64,000 bases of DNA, from assembly GCA_963796455.1 (NCBI GenBank), contig CAWCLO010000004.1, positions 160,001 through 224,000 on the forward strand. Reading direction: 5' to 3'. The first letter of the stretch is position 1. Each line of letters opens with the position of its first letter. Made by a program: the position numbers and the translations under genes. Below, in pieces: positions 9,515-19,291 of the stretch. The DNA comes from Candidatus Sulfomarinibacteraceae bacterium. GTDB taxonomy: Bacteria > Acidobacteriota > Thermoanaerobaculia > Thermoanaerobaculales > Sulfomarinibacteraceae. The notes below the pieces were generated by a model. That model did not search any database, was not told the DNA's origin, and was given only the letters and a program-made list of their open reading frames with translations.

Positions 9515-11446
9515 TCACTGAACGTATCCGAGAGCGGTCAATGCCTCGATGGCGGCCGGGTCGATCTCGGGCACGCCGTCGGGGGCCCTGTTACGCCGCA
9601 CCGATTCCTGCCAGAGCGCCAGTTGTTGGGTGAGAACCCGTGCTCGATCGGGATCCTGACCCGCCCTGTCACGAGTTTCTCGCGAATCAGTGGCGAGATC
9701 GTAGAGCTCGGTCGCGCCGTTGGAGTCCCAGATGAGCTTTGAACCGCCATCGATGATGCACTTGAGGGCTCGATCAAAGGGCTGATAATCGAAGTCGTTC
9801 GTTTCAGCCGAAAGCACACTCATCAACATCTCCACCCCATTGCCCGCTTCGGCATAAGCCGGTGCCGGGTCGATTTTACCCGCGAGAGATCTTCGGGACT
9901 CTGGAGGCCGATCGACCGGAAATGGAGTCGACGTGAGTTCGATTATCGTGTCGAAAATTTCAGTCTGGGAGACGGTTTTGGAGACGATTTCCGCATTCAG
10001 GAGTTGTGGATAAAAAATAATCAATGGAACGTGAATGAGGGTGTCATAGAGTGAGAACTGGTGTTCGATAAAACCATGTTCTCCAAAACTTTCTCCGTGA
10101 TCACTGGTGATCACTACGATGGTGTTTTCGAATGTTTTTTGCTCTCGCAATGAGGCAAAAAGAAGACCGATCTGTTGGTCGAGGAATCGGATGTCTTGAC
10201 GATAGAGATCCCGCATCACACGGAGATCCTCTTCGTCGAGGTGGTGAGCGGGAAGATAGTATCGCTCGGGGACGAGATTCACCGGTTCGATTCTCTCGAG
10301 GGCAGCGGAGATCGTCGGGTTGTCGGGAAAACCCGGACGAGGATAGTGCGGCAGATGGGGCGCCATCAGATTCACGAAAGCAAAGAAAGGTTGCGAACTC
10401 TTCTGCTGTTTGCCGATCCAGCCCTCGAGGAGACCGAGAGTCCGTCCGGTGTATTCCCGTCGGTCTTTGAGGCCAAAAGTCATGGTGGCGACCTCGAGAA
10501 GCCCCCGGAGGACGAGCGGTCGCCGCCACGAATCGTGGAATTCTCCAAAACCCTGGGTGAGACCATAGCTCCAACTGACGAATGGGTTCTCGCTGAATCC
10601 TGCCGTTCGGTAGCCGTGTTCGCCGAGATGTTCTGCAATGGTCAAATAGTCCTCGTGGAGCGAGAGATGGCCGTATTCGGCACGGTGCTGGGATGGGTAG
10701 AGCCCGGTGAAGATCGAGGCATGGGACGGCAGCGTCCACGGCGCGGCCGAATAGGCGTTTTCGAACACTCGACCGTTCCGAGCGACCCAATCCAGATTTG
10801 GTGAAGCATCGGGTTCGGCCCCATAACACCCGAGGTGGTCGGCCCGGAGAGTATCGAGAACGATGAACAAGACGTTCGGGCTGTCTGGACCTTCGGCCGG
10901 GCCCTGCTGAGTGATCCCGAGGACAACGGAATGCATGCCCGGCAGCAACACTGCCAGACCGAGGACGGCGACAAGAAAAACGGCCGAGGGCCCGGAGGTG
11001 TTCGGGACCCCGGCGATCCGGGACCGGTGGAGCATGTGGAAGGAGAAAAAGAGCGAAATTGTCGTCGAAAACAGGAAAAATAGAATGAGCGGAAAAAATG
11101 ATTTCTGGTTTGTAATGACTCGAAGAGCAATGACAAAAAAAGCAATTGCAAGAGATGTAAAAAGAATTGAAAAGAAATTTTCATTCGTTTTTAAAAAATT
11201 TGAGATAATAAACAGCAAAAATCTGGACAAAAAAGCAATCGTCATTCCGAGAATTGAAAACAATATGAGCTGAGCCGCAAAACTGCTCACACCGGGAAAA
11301 CCGGGAGAAGAAAAGAACTTCTCGATGATTCCGGGTTCAGGGCCGGTGAGTTCAAAAAGAAAATAATCGAGACCGCCTAGAGCACAGCCGATGGCCGCCG
11401 AAACGACGCCAAAATTCAGGATGCGCCCGGGTTTTCCCTTCTTCAT
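9515..11446 (-). CDS. Membrane-anchored sulfatase/alkaline-phosphatase superfamily protein
   Basis: About 5 N-terminal TMs, then 'PNVLFIVLDTLRADHL', 'APWTLPSHASIFTG', 'TSDHGE', 'EALTALGYVQ'. Confidence 0.88.
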   Translation of the reverse strand: MKKGKPGRILNFGVVSAAIGCALGGLDYFLFELTGPEPGIIEKFFSSPGFPGVSSFAAQLILFSILGMTIAFLSRFLLFIISNFLKTNENFFSILFTSLAIAFFVIALRVITNQKSFFPLILFFLFSTTISLFFSFHMLHRSRIAGVPNTSGPSAVFLVAVLGLAVLLPGMHSVVLGITQQGPAEGPDSPNVLFIVLDTLRADHLGCYGAEPDASPNLDWVARNGRVFENAYSAAPWTLPSHASIFTGLYPSQHRAEYGHLSLHEDYLTIAEHLGEHGYRTAGFSENPFVSWSYGLTQGFGEFHDSWRRPLVLRGLLEVATMTFGLKDRREYTGRTLGLLEGWIGKQQKSSQPFFAFVNLMAPHLPHYPRPGFPDNPTISAALERIEPVNLVPERYYLPAHHLDEEDLRVMRDLYRQDIRFLDQQIGLLFASLREQKTFENTIVVITSDHGESFGEHGFIEHQFSLYDTLIHVPLIIFYPQLLNAEIVSKTVSQTEIFDTIIELTSTPFPVDRPPESRRSLAGKIDPAPAYAEAGNGVEMLMSVLSAETNDFDYQPFDRALKCIIDGGSKLIWDSNGATELYDLATDSRETRDRAGQDPDRARVLTQQLALWQESVRRNRAPDGVPEIDPAAIEALTALGYVQ

Positions 11447-11593
11447 GGTCCAACGACCTTCCGCGATCTGCCGCCCCTCGAGAAACATATTCGCACAATT
11501 GGCGGGATGCGGGTGGGGGCTTCCCCCAGATGCCGCGATCCTGATAGAGTATCCGGCAGAATCATGGGTAGATTGCAAGGAGCTGTCTCGATA

Positions 11594-12571
11594 ATGAGCA
11601 AAGAACTCTCGCTGCCGGGACGGAAGCGCACGGTCGCTCTCACAGCGGCCCTGTTGGTGTCGGTTTTGGGGTCTGTTCAGGCTCCCGCCGCCGACCGGGC
11701 GATGAGGTTCTATTCCAACGGCGAGAACGGGCAGGATATCGACCGCGTCAAGATACCCCTCGATGACCCTCACCGACCGGTTGATATCGGCGTCGGAGAT
11801 TTCACCATCGAGTGGTGGATGAAGGCAACCCTCACCGACAACCCGACCGATCCGTGCAGCCTCGGTGTCAACAACTGGATTTATGGCAATATCTTTATCG
11901 ATCGGGACATCAACACCGGGGGAGACTGGGGCAAATACGGAATCTCTCTGGCTGGTGGCCGGATCGCTTTCGGGGTCGACAAAAACTTCTCCTACCAGGG
12001 TCTTTGCGGATCGACCCAGATTGCCGACGACACCTGGCATCACGTGGCGGTCACCCGGAGGGCCTCCGACGGCCGGCTCCAGGTCTATGTGGATGGAAAT
12101 CTGGATGGCGAGGCCGCGACCGGCCCGACGGGCGATCTGAGTTATCGAGATGGTCGCCCTTTGACCAACAATGGGGCGTGTCCAGGGCCCTGCGTCAATG
12201 AGCCCTTTCTGGTGCTAGGTGGCGAAAAGCACAACTACCAGTGGTACACGTACAACGGATTCATGGACGAACTGAGGCTATCGACGGTGCTCCGATACAA
12301 CGGGAACTTCACGCCTCCCACCGCGCCATTTTCTCCGGACGCATCGACCGCAGCCCTCTATCATTTTGACGAGGGGTCGGGAACGGTGCTGCTCGATTCT
12401 TCCGGTGCAGCCGGCGGACCGAGTCATGGCTTCCTCCTTGTCGGAGGAAACCCGGCCGGGCCCGTCTGGACCGAAGACCAACCCTTTGCGGCGACCCAGA
12501 TTTTCAGCGACGGTTTCGAAACGGGGACCACCTCCGCGTGGACGACGACGGTTCCCGATCCTGATTTTTAA
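11594..12571 (+). CDS. Secreted LamG/ConA-like jelly-roll protein
   Basis: Signal peptide; 'FTIEWW', 'WHHVAVTR', 'VYVDG', 'GFMDELRLS', 'LYHFDEGSG'; C-terminal 'IFSDGFETG' motif. Confidence 0.85.
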   Translation: MSKELSLPGRKRTVALTAALLVSVLGSVQAPAADRAMRFYSNGENGQDIDRVKIPLDDPHRPVDIGVGDFTIEWWMKATLTDNPTDPCSLGVNNWIYGNIFIDRDINTGGDWGKYGISLAGGRIAFGVDKNFSYQGLCGSTQIADDTWHHVAVTRRASDGRLQVYVDGNLDGEAATGPTGDLSYRDGRPLTNNGACPGPCVNEPFLVLGGEKHNYQWYTYNGFMDELRLSTVLRYNGNFTPPTAPFSPDASTAALYHFDEGSGTVLLDSSGAAGGPSHGFLLVGGNPAGPVWTEDQPFAATQIFSDGFETGTTSAWTTTVPDPDF

Positions 12572-12627
12572 TGGAATGAGTGGCTGGTGATGGAGTACAC
12601 CTTGTCCGGCACGGCGGGTGCAATCGG

Positions 12628-14133
12628 ATGAACACCGTGTCTGAAACGGCGCCCGATACGGCCCCACCGGTTGTGGTTTTTCGTGAGATTTCGGCCGACA
12701 ACGAGGCCGATCTCAATGCGATCGCCGATCTCCACATGGAGTTGCTCGACTTCGGACCGATGGCCGCGCTCGGTCAGGCCTTTGTTCGTGATGTCTGTTA
12801 CCGGTATCAGTTGCAGGACGGGGTCCTGCGGGTGATTGTCTGCTTGGTGGACTCGAAGTTGGCCGGGTTTGTCGCTTTCACGCCGTGGTCGATCTCCTTC
12901 CACCGGACACTTCTGGGAAAACGACTGCCGCAAACGACTGCCGGCGTCTTGCGAGCGCTGATCACCAATCCCGCCAGGATCGTCGGTCTGCTGCGGGCGT
13001 TGCGGGTGGTGAGGTCCCGGCGCGAAGAAATCAAGAGCACCGACCAGGATCCGTTGGGTGAAGTGGTTTCTTTGTTGGTTCGTCGTGAATTCCTGACCCG
13101 GGATTTTCAACGCAGTGCCGGTCTGTGGATCAGTCACCGGCTGGTGGAGATTGCCATCGAAAACCTGCAGAGCGCGGGAATCTCGATGATGAGAATGTTG
13201 GTCGATGAAGACAACAAGGCGCCGCTTTTCGTGTATCAGGCGATGGGTGCACGATTCGAAAGCTACGAGCAGGGTGGCGAACCAACGACCCTTGTCCGAT
13301 TCGATCTCGATCGTTATCCGGTAGATCGGGAGCCGCTGAATCCGGAGCGTTGGTGGTACTACGGTCGCGATCCCCGTCAACCGGGAGTTGAGGCCGAGCC
13401 GTCGTCGTGGTCCTCCTATTGGGAACGTCTCGATTCGAATAAGAAGATTTTTCGCGCCGAGGCACGAGATGTGGCGCAGCGGCTTTTGGCCGCCTATCCG
13501 GCGCTGCACGAGGCGAAGATTCTGGATTTCGGGTGCGGCTTCGGGCTCGTTGCAGACGAGTTGGCGGCAACGGTCCGAGAGGTCCACATCTGGGATGCAG
13601 CCGTCAACATGCGGCGGTTTGCGCGGATGAACGTGGCGGCGAGGGAAAATGTCCACCTCTTTGATCCGCGCTTTTTCGAGGAGGCATGCCCGGATGGTGG
13701 GTTCGATCTGATTCTGGTCAACAGCGTTTGCCAGTACTGGACTCTGGCGGAATTCCAGGGCTGGGTCTCGAAACTGATCCGGCTGCTGGCGCCGGACGGG
13801 AAACTGGTCGTATCGGATCTTCTGAGTCCTGAAACATCTTCCATGGCGGAGTATCTGTCTCTCCTGAGGTTCAGCGCGACGAACGGCTTCCTGCTGCGAT
13901 CGGTGACCGACGCCGTATTGGAGCTGCCGCAATACCTCTCCACCAGGACCAGCTTGCCGCTCAAACGATACGAAGAATCCGAATTACGGCAGGTCGCTCA
14001 CGAACTCGACCTCGAGGTGCGCTTTGACGACAAGAACCTGACCTACCGCGACGGTCGATTCGTGGCGGAGTTTTCTTCAAAGAAACAACCGCAGACATCA
14101 ATCCACGAAGCGCCGCGTGGAGGAGATGCATGA
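12628..14133 (+). CDS. GNAT acetyltransferase / class I SAM methyltransferase fusion
   Basis: N-half GNAT-like ('LVDEDNKAPLFVYQAMG'); C-half 'ILDFGCGFG', 'FDLILVNSVCQY', 'LAPDGKLVVSD'. Confidence 0.75.
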   Translation: MNTVSETAPDTAPPVVVFREISADNEADLNAIADLHMELLDFGPMAALGQAFVRDVCYRYQLQDGVLRVIVCLVDSKLAGFVAFTPWSISFHRTLLGKRLPQTTAGVLRALITNPARIVGLLRALRVVRSRREEIKSTDQDPLGEVVSLLVRREFLTRDFQRSAGLWISHRLVEIAIENLQSAGISMMRMLVDEDNKAPLFVYQAMGARFESYEQGGEPTTLVRFDLDRYPVDREPLNPERWWYYGRDPRQPGVEAEPSSWSSYWERLDSNKKIFRAEARDVAQRLLAAYPALHEAKILDFGCGFGLVADELAATVREVHIWDAAVNMRRFARMNVAARENVHLFDPRFFEEACPDGGFDLILVNSVCQYWTLAEFQGWVSKLIRLLAPDGKLVVSDLLSPETSSMAEYLSLLRFSATNGFLLRSVTDAVLELPQYLSTRTSLPLKRYEESELRQVAHELDLEVRFDDKNLTYRDGRFVAEFSSKKQPQTSIHEAPRGGDA

Positions 14134-14816
14134 CCTCGAACGATGCTTCCCGTGAAGCCGCGCCCGATCAGAAGACCGGGGAACCCGTGTCGGAGAGGCG
14201 GAAGATCGATCAGGAATATCGCGAGGTGCGCTATCTGCAGTTCGAGTCCGGGGGCGGATTCCGGCGCGTGATGTCGGTTCTGGGTTTGCTCACCTGGCCC
14301 CTGACCGTGCCCCTCGCCCTTTTGTGCCGATGCTCGATCTTTCTCTTCCGGACGGTGTCCGAAGCTCTCAGCATTGTTCCCTATCTCTTTGGCGTCATCC
14401 TGAGGTACGAGTTCTACCGCTTTGCTCTCGATGGGATCGGCCGCAATGTGGTGATCGAATGGGGCGCCATTTTTCTCTGCCCGAACATCACCATCGGCAG
14501 CAATGTCGTGATCGGTCGTTTCAATGTCGTGCACCGCTGCGATTTTGGAGACTATGTGCTGGTGGCGGAGCGTTGCACCTTTTTGAGTGGTTCGAAGCAG
14601 CATCGCACCGATCGCCGCGATCTGCCGATGGCGCTCCAGGGTGGTCTGAAGAAAAAGATCCGGATCAATGATGATGTGTGGATCGGCGCCCACTCGGTGG
14701 TCGCCGATGATATCGGTAAAGGCGCGATCGTCGCTGTCGGCGGCGCGATCACCAAACCGGTTCCCGAATACACCATCGCCATCGGCAACCCGACCAGGTT
14801 GCTGCCGAGGCCGTGA
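14130..14816 (+). CDS. Hexapeptide-repeat (LbH) acyltransferase
   Basis: 'IGRNVVIE', 'IGSNVVIG', 'INDDVWIGA', 'IGNPTR'. Confidence 0.85.
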   Translation: MTSNDASREAAPDQKTGEPVSERRKIDQEYREVRYLQFESGGGFRRVMSVLGLLTWPLTVPLALLCRCSIFLFRTVSEALSIVPYLFGVILRYEFYRFALDGIGRNVVIEWGAIFLCPNITIGSNVVIGRFNVVHRCDFGDYVLVAERCTFLSGSKQHRTDRRDLPMALQGGLKKKIRINDDVWIGAHSVVADDIGKGAIVAVGGAITKPVPEYTIAIGNPTRLLPRP

Positions 14817-14846
14817 CGAACGCCGCGCGGCCCTCCTCGTGATGGC

Positions 14847-15761
14847 ATGAAAAAATGGATCGTCGTCCTCGTGGTTTTCGGTCTGTGCGTCGCCGCTCTG
14901 ATCGTGTGGATCGTTCCCATGCCCGCGAACCAGCCTCGCTCATCGAATCTCTCGACTAGTGAACTCACCCCGGTCCTCTTCGTGCACGGTCTGGGAGCGA
15001 ATTCAGAAATCTGGAAACGTCTGCAGCGCCATTTTCGATCGCTGGGTTATCCGGAAGAATATCTGGCGGCGGTTGATCTTGATCCGCCTGACGGCTCCAA
15101 CACCCGGGCCGCCGAATTGTGGATCGCCCCGGCGGTGGATCGCCTGCTCGCGAGAGCAGGGGACCACGCGCGCACATCTGCGCATGGAAGCTCGCCGCCG
15201 GCCAAGGTCGATATCGTGGCGCACAGCATGGGTGCTCTGAGCAGCCGCTGGTTCGCCGCAAAGATCGAACCTCAGCGGGTGAGGATCTTGATCACGATCG
15301 CGGGCACGAACCACGGTAGCAACGCGGTGTGTGGATGGGACAACGACGGGGCGTCCGATCTGTGTCCGGCGTTCGCGAAGAGCCCGGACGAGAGTCCCAT
15401 CCAGATCGCGCTGAACGGCCTTCCGGAGAGCCCGACTGACGAAACGCCCTTCGGGATCGGCGAGGACGGCAACCCTGATATCCGCGTCGCACCAGACCCG
15501 GAACGACGCATTCTCTATCTCACGATCAGGATTGCCGAGGATCAATGGATCACGCCGCAACACAGTGCCATCCTCGACGGCGCCGGGGCCCTGCAGGTCG
15601 AGAGCGTAGCGAGTCCATCGTTCGAAGAGACGAGCAGAGGAAATTTTCTCTTTGTGGGCGGGGCCGGAAGGCTCTTCAGGCGAGTCAACCACGATTCATT
15701 GCTCGATGACCCGATGGTGGCGGTTTTTGTCGGCGATATCCTGAGCGGGAGTGATCTCTGA
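14847..15761 (+). CDS. Secreted alpha/beta hydrolase (lipase/esterase-like)
   Basis: 'PVLFVHGLG', 'VDIVAHSMG' nucleophile elbow, N-terminal TM/signal. Confidence 0.82.
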   Translation: MKKWIVVLVVFGLCVAALIVWIVPMPANQPRSSNLSTSELTPVLFVHGLGANSEIWKRLQRHFRSLGYPEEYLAAVDLDPPDGSNTRAAELWIAPAVDRLLARAGDHARTSAHGSSPPAKVDIVAHSMGALSSRWFAAKIEPQRVRILITIAGTNHGSNAVCGWDNDGASDLCPAFAKSPDESPIQIALNGLPESPTDETPFGIGEDGNPDIRVAPDPERRILYLTIRIAEDQWITPQHSAILDGAGALQVESVASPSFEETSRGNFLFVGGAGRLFRRVNHDSLLDDPMVAVFVGDILSGSDL

Positions 15762-15801
15762 GGTCGAAGGGACAGCCGCCGCCGGTCTCCGGGGCTCGGG
15801 T

Positions 15802-17139
15802 TTATCTCATTTTCTTGAAGCGTTCCCCGTGCATCGATGAATCGACGATCTCGATCTTCTGGGGGATCTTATACTTCGGAAGGCGTTCCCGGCAGAACTC
15901 GCGCATTCTTGTCCTGAATTCGGCCAGGGATTCATCCGTCGACAATTTGACCCGGGCAAAGATGATCTGACCCGTGAGTGGGTGCTTTTCGCCGGCCACG
16001 ACGGCATCCTCGACCCCGTCCATCAGTTGCAGTGCACCCTCCACTTCAGCGGGGTAGACCTTTTCGCCACCGATATTGATGATTTCGGATTCCCGGCCGA
16101 GGATCTTGATGAAGTCGCCGTCGACCTCGACGGCATCGCCGGTGATGAACCAGCCGTCTTCGGTGAAGGGGCTGGGGGCGTTGAGATAGCCCAACATCGC
16201 CGACTCCGCCTTGATCTCGAGTTTTCCATCCACCACCCGGGTCTCGAAACCTTCGCCGCCGACCTTGACCCACAGCGAATCGGAAGCGAGGGACTTGGAA
16301 CGTAGAATTCCGACCTCGGACAAACCATAGGTCTGCAGCAGTTTGACCTCGGGCAGGATCTCGTGAAAACGCTGCAGGGTGGTTTCGGGCATCACCTCGG
16401 TACCGTAGGTCACCATCTTCAAGCTCGACAGGTCGTGGTTCGGGATCGCGCCGCTGACCAGCATCAGATTGAGGAAGGTGGGTGAGGTCGGGAGGAGCTC
16501 GACGCGATGCCGTTCGATGGTCCTGCAAATTGTCTCGGGGCTTCGATCCGAGACCGTGATGACACAACCGGCGTTGGAAAGACAGTAGAGCAGAGTGTTG
16601 AAACCGCCGATATGATCGAAGAGCAGGAAGGTGATGGTCCGCAGGGTGTGGCGGCGGAGCTTGAACTTTTCGAGCATCGGGACCAGATCGTGCACGGCCG
16701 CTTTGCTCTTTCCCGTCGAACCGGAAGAAAACAGGATCAGACCTGGCCGGTCGCGTTCGATGAGCTGCCGCAGTACAGGGTGTTTGACCTCCACCTTCGT
16801 ATCGACGATGGAAGAAGAATCATCGTCGAGAATGGTGATGATCGTCTCGACTTCGGCGATCTCGCGGAACTCGGGTTTCTTGCTTTCGACCGACGCCGTC
16901 AGCGGCACGATGACACAGCGGTGTTCGATCAGGGCGAGCATGAGAGCGATCGAACGCGGCGAAAAATCGGCTTCGATGCTGACCACCGACCCGTTGCGGA
17001 GATGGTGATTTTTCAACTCGACGGCCCAGCGGTCGATCCCATCGAGAAGCCAGCGATAGGTATAAGGCTCGTCACGCCACACAAAGGCCTCACTCGACGG
17101 GGCCTCGGCAAAACGGGCGCGCAAAAAGTCGATGCTCAC
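15802..17139 (-). CDS. AMP-binding acyl-CoA/acyl-ACP ligase
   Basis: 'FSSGSTGKSK', 'TYGLSE', 'WFITGD', 'GGEKVYPAEVE', 'KIP'. Confidence 0.9.
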   Translation of the reverse strand: MSIDFLRARFAEAPSSEAFVWRDEPYTYRWLLDGIDRWAVELKNHHLRNGSVVSIEADFSPRSIALMLALIEHRCVIVPLTASVESKKPEFREIAEVETIITILDDDSSSIVDTKVEVKHPVLRQLIERDRPGLILFSSGSTGKSKAAVHDLVPMLEKFKLRRHTLRTITFLLFDHIGGFNTLLYCLSNAGCVITVSDRSPETICRTIERHRVELLPTSPTFLNLMLVSGAIPNHDLSSLKMVTYGTEVMPETTLQRFHEILPEVKLLQTYGLSEVGILRSKSLASDSLWVKVGGEGFETRVVDGKLEIKAESAMLGYLNAPSPFTEDGWFITGDAVEVDGDFIKILGRESEIINIGGEKVYPAEVEGALQLMDGVEDAVVAGEKHPLTGQIIFARVKLSTDESLAEFRTRMREFCRERLPKYKIPQKIEIVDSSMHGERFKKMR

Positions 17140-17837
17140 CGCACACCTCCCAGGTAAATGACCTGGCCGGTCACGAAATTGCTCTCCTCACGGAGGAAGA
17201 AATCGACCACATTGACCACGTCGCCGACCTCTCCGAGCCTGCGAATGGCCTGGCGTTTGATCAACGCTGCGATTTTTTCCTTCGGCACAGCCCGGATCAG
17301 ATCGGTTTCAATCGGCACCGGACCGACGGCATTGACGGTGATGCCGAATTTCGCGAACTCGCGGGCCATCACCTCGGTCAGTGATTCGACTCCGGCTTTT
17401 GAGGCCACGTATGCGCTCTCGCCTTCAAGCTGCAGCGGGACGGCGACTGTCGAGAAGTTCACGATCCGTCCGAACTTGTTCTTCTGCATCAGCTTGGCCG
17501 CTTCACGGGAAAAGACGAAGGTTCCGACCACGTTGGTTTCGAGGATCCGGGTCAGGGTCGAGGTCGGCGTGAGCAGTGAATGGTTCATCGAGGCGATGCC
17601 GGCATTGTTGATGAGGTGGTCGAGCCTCCCGTGACTGCGTCGGATCGAGGCGAAGAGCTCTTGAATCGACTTTTCATCGGTGACGTCTACCGTGAAGTGT
17701 TCGTAGTTTCGTGCCTCGAGGTCGCAGGGACCTCGGCTGCAGCCGATGACTGCGTGGCCCTTATCGACGTAGTGTTCGGCCAGGGTTCGGCCGATTCCTT
17801 TGCTGGTCCCGGTGATCAGCGTGACGGGATCAGGCAT
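17136..17837 (-). CDS. SDR, 3-oxoacyl-ACP reductase (FabG-like)
   Basis: 'TGTSKGIG', 'NNAG', 'YVASK', 'TGQVI'. Confidence 0.88.
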   Translation of the reverse strand: MPDPVTLITGTSKGIGRTLAEHYVDKGHAVIGCSRGPCDLEARNYEHFTVDVTDEKSIQELFASIRRSHGRLDHLINNAGIASMNHSLLTPTSTLTRILETNVVGTFVFSREAAKLMQKNKFGRIVNFSTVAVPLQLEGESAYVASKAGVESLTEVMAREFAKFGITVNAVGPVPIETDLIRAVPKEKIAALIKRQAIRRLGEVGDVVNVVDFFLREESNFVTGQVIYLGGVR

Positions 17838-18138
17838 TTTCCCGGCTCGCCTCGATCTCCCCGATCGCGTACTGGGCCAAAGCGGCGATGGTTCGATAGG
17901 GGCTCCTTTGTTGCGAGAGTGCCTTTTCGTTTGCCAGACTGATTGTGGTGCCGCACTGTTCCTCGACCGCCTGTTCGACGGCGATGACCAGCGACACGAG
18001 GCCCATGGAGTCGAGGATACCGTTGGCGCCGAAGAGGGCGGTTTCCGCGCTGATCGCTTCCGGAAGATCGAGACCATCGGCTTCGGCGAGCTCCTTGGTG
18101 GCCTGGATGACGAGATCGGTGAGTTCCTGCAATTGCAT
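17830..18138 (-). CDS. Acyl carrier protein
   Basis: Small acidic protein with 'LDSMGLV' phosphopantetheine site; translationally coupled to the SDR and ligase. Confidence 0.85.
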   Translation of the reverse strand: MQLQELTDLVIQATKELAEADGLDLPEAISAETALFGANGILDSMGLVSLVIAVEQAVEEQCGTTISLANEKALSQQRSPYRTIAALAQYAIGEIEASRENA

Positions 18139-18442
18139 ATTCAGCTCCTGTGAGGTTGGCTCGTATCGATTTGTCGACGATCGTCGATTCCGTCCCAACA
18201 ATGCTCAGTCTCATCCTGCACCGGGTAGCGGATTGACGCGGCATCGACATTTTGATAGGTGTAGTTCAGACACCGCTCCACGTTGTCAAACCGCGGTCCG
18301 GAATCGCCCTTTTTTTGAGCGACTGAGTTGGGCATAATTCGGAGCGCCTTATAGTTGTAAATGGTGGCCATTCGATGGAATTCTATCAGCATACGACTGC
18401 GGTCGTCAGTTCCGTCCTTGGTGGGAGCGGAGCCGGAGATAT

Positions 18443-19234
18443 ATGACATCGATCTCTAAAGAATCGACTGCACCGAGAATCAACGTTCTCGGGACGCGTG
18501 TGGCCGCACTCAACCTCGACACCGCGGTACAGCAGATCTGTGAGTGGATTGACGCTGAAGATTCCAGAAGATATGTGTGCGTGACGGATGTGCACTGCAT
18601 CATGCAGAGCTATCGGCGCCCCGATGTTCGAAACATCTATAACTCGGCCGACATCTGCGTTCCGGATGGTATGCCCTTGACCTGGGTCGGACGGCGACGA
18701 GGTTTTCCGGACATGGGCCGGGTCTATGGACCGGACCTGATGCTCAAAATGATGGAAGTCGGTGTGGAGAAGGGATACTCCCACTATCTTTATGGCGGAG
18801 CCGAAGGTGTGGCCGATGAACTTCGCGACCGCATGACCGAGCGTTTCCCCGGTCTGCGTGTGGCCGGGACTTATTTCCCGCCCTTTCGTCCGCTGACCGA
18901 TGAGGAGAAGCGCGAGGTCATCGAAGACATCAACCGCAGTCAAGCAGATCTTTTCTGGGTGGGCCTCGGCGCCCCCAAACAGGATCTCCTCATGGCCGAG
19001 TTCCGCGATCTCGTGAACTCCAAGGTGATGTTGGGGGTCGGGGCGGCCTTTGATTTTCATACCGGCCGGGTCCGCCAGGCGCCGCGTTGGATGATGCAGC
19101 TCGGTCTCGAGTGGTTCTTCAGGCTGTGTGTGGAGCCCCGGAGGCTGGGCCCGAGATATCTCAGAAACAACCCGTCTTTTCTCTGGCACATTTTCCTGCA
19201 GAGCACGGGTCTGCGGCGCTACCCCATCGATTGA
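18443..19234 (+). CDS. WecB/TagA/CpsF family glycosyltransferase
   Basis: 'PDGMPL', 'RVYGPDLM', 'WVGLGAPKQD', 'GVGAAFDF', 'LEWFFRL'. Confidence 0.93.
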   Translation: MTSISKESTAPRINVLGTRVAALNLDTAVQQICEWIDAEDSRRYVCVTDVHCIMQSYRRPDVRNIYNSADICVPDGMPLTWVGRRRGFPDMGRVYGPDLMLKMMEVGVEKGYSHYLYGGAEGVADELRDRMTERFPGLRVAGTYFPPFRPLTDEEKREVIEDINRSQADLFWVGLGAPKQDLLMAEFRDLVNSKVMLGVGAAFDFHTGRVRQAPRWMMQLGLEWFFRLCVEPRRLGPRYLRNNPSFLWHIFLQSTGLRRYPID

Positions 19235-19291
19235 GTCGGTGATCCTGCGATTCGTTGCGAAATCCTTTTTTCGAGGGACGGGCCTCGCCAC

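Noticed and set aside
11447..12043. N-terminal 200-aa extension of the 842-aa sulfatase-like ORF
   Set aside because: It lies antisense to the well-supported LamG gene; the plausible start is ATG 11446
12568..13932. 454-aa minus-strand ORF
   Set aside because: Antisense shadow of the GNAT-methyltransferase gene with no motifs; common in GC-rich DNA
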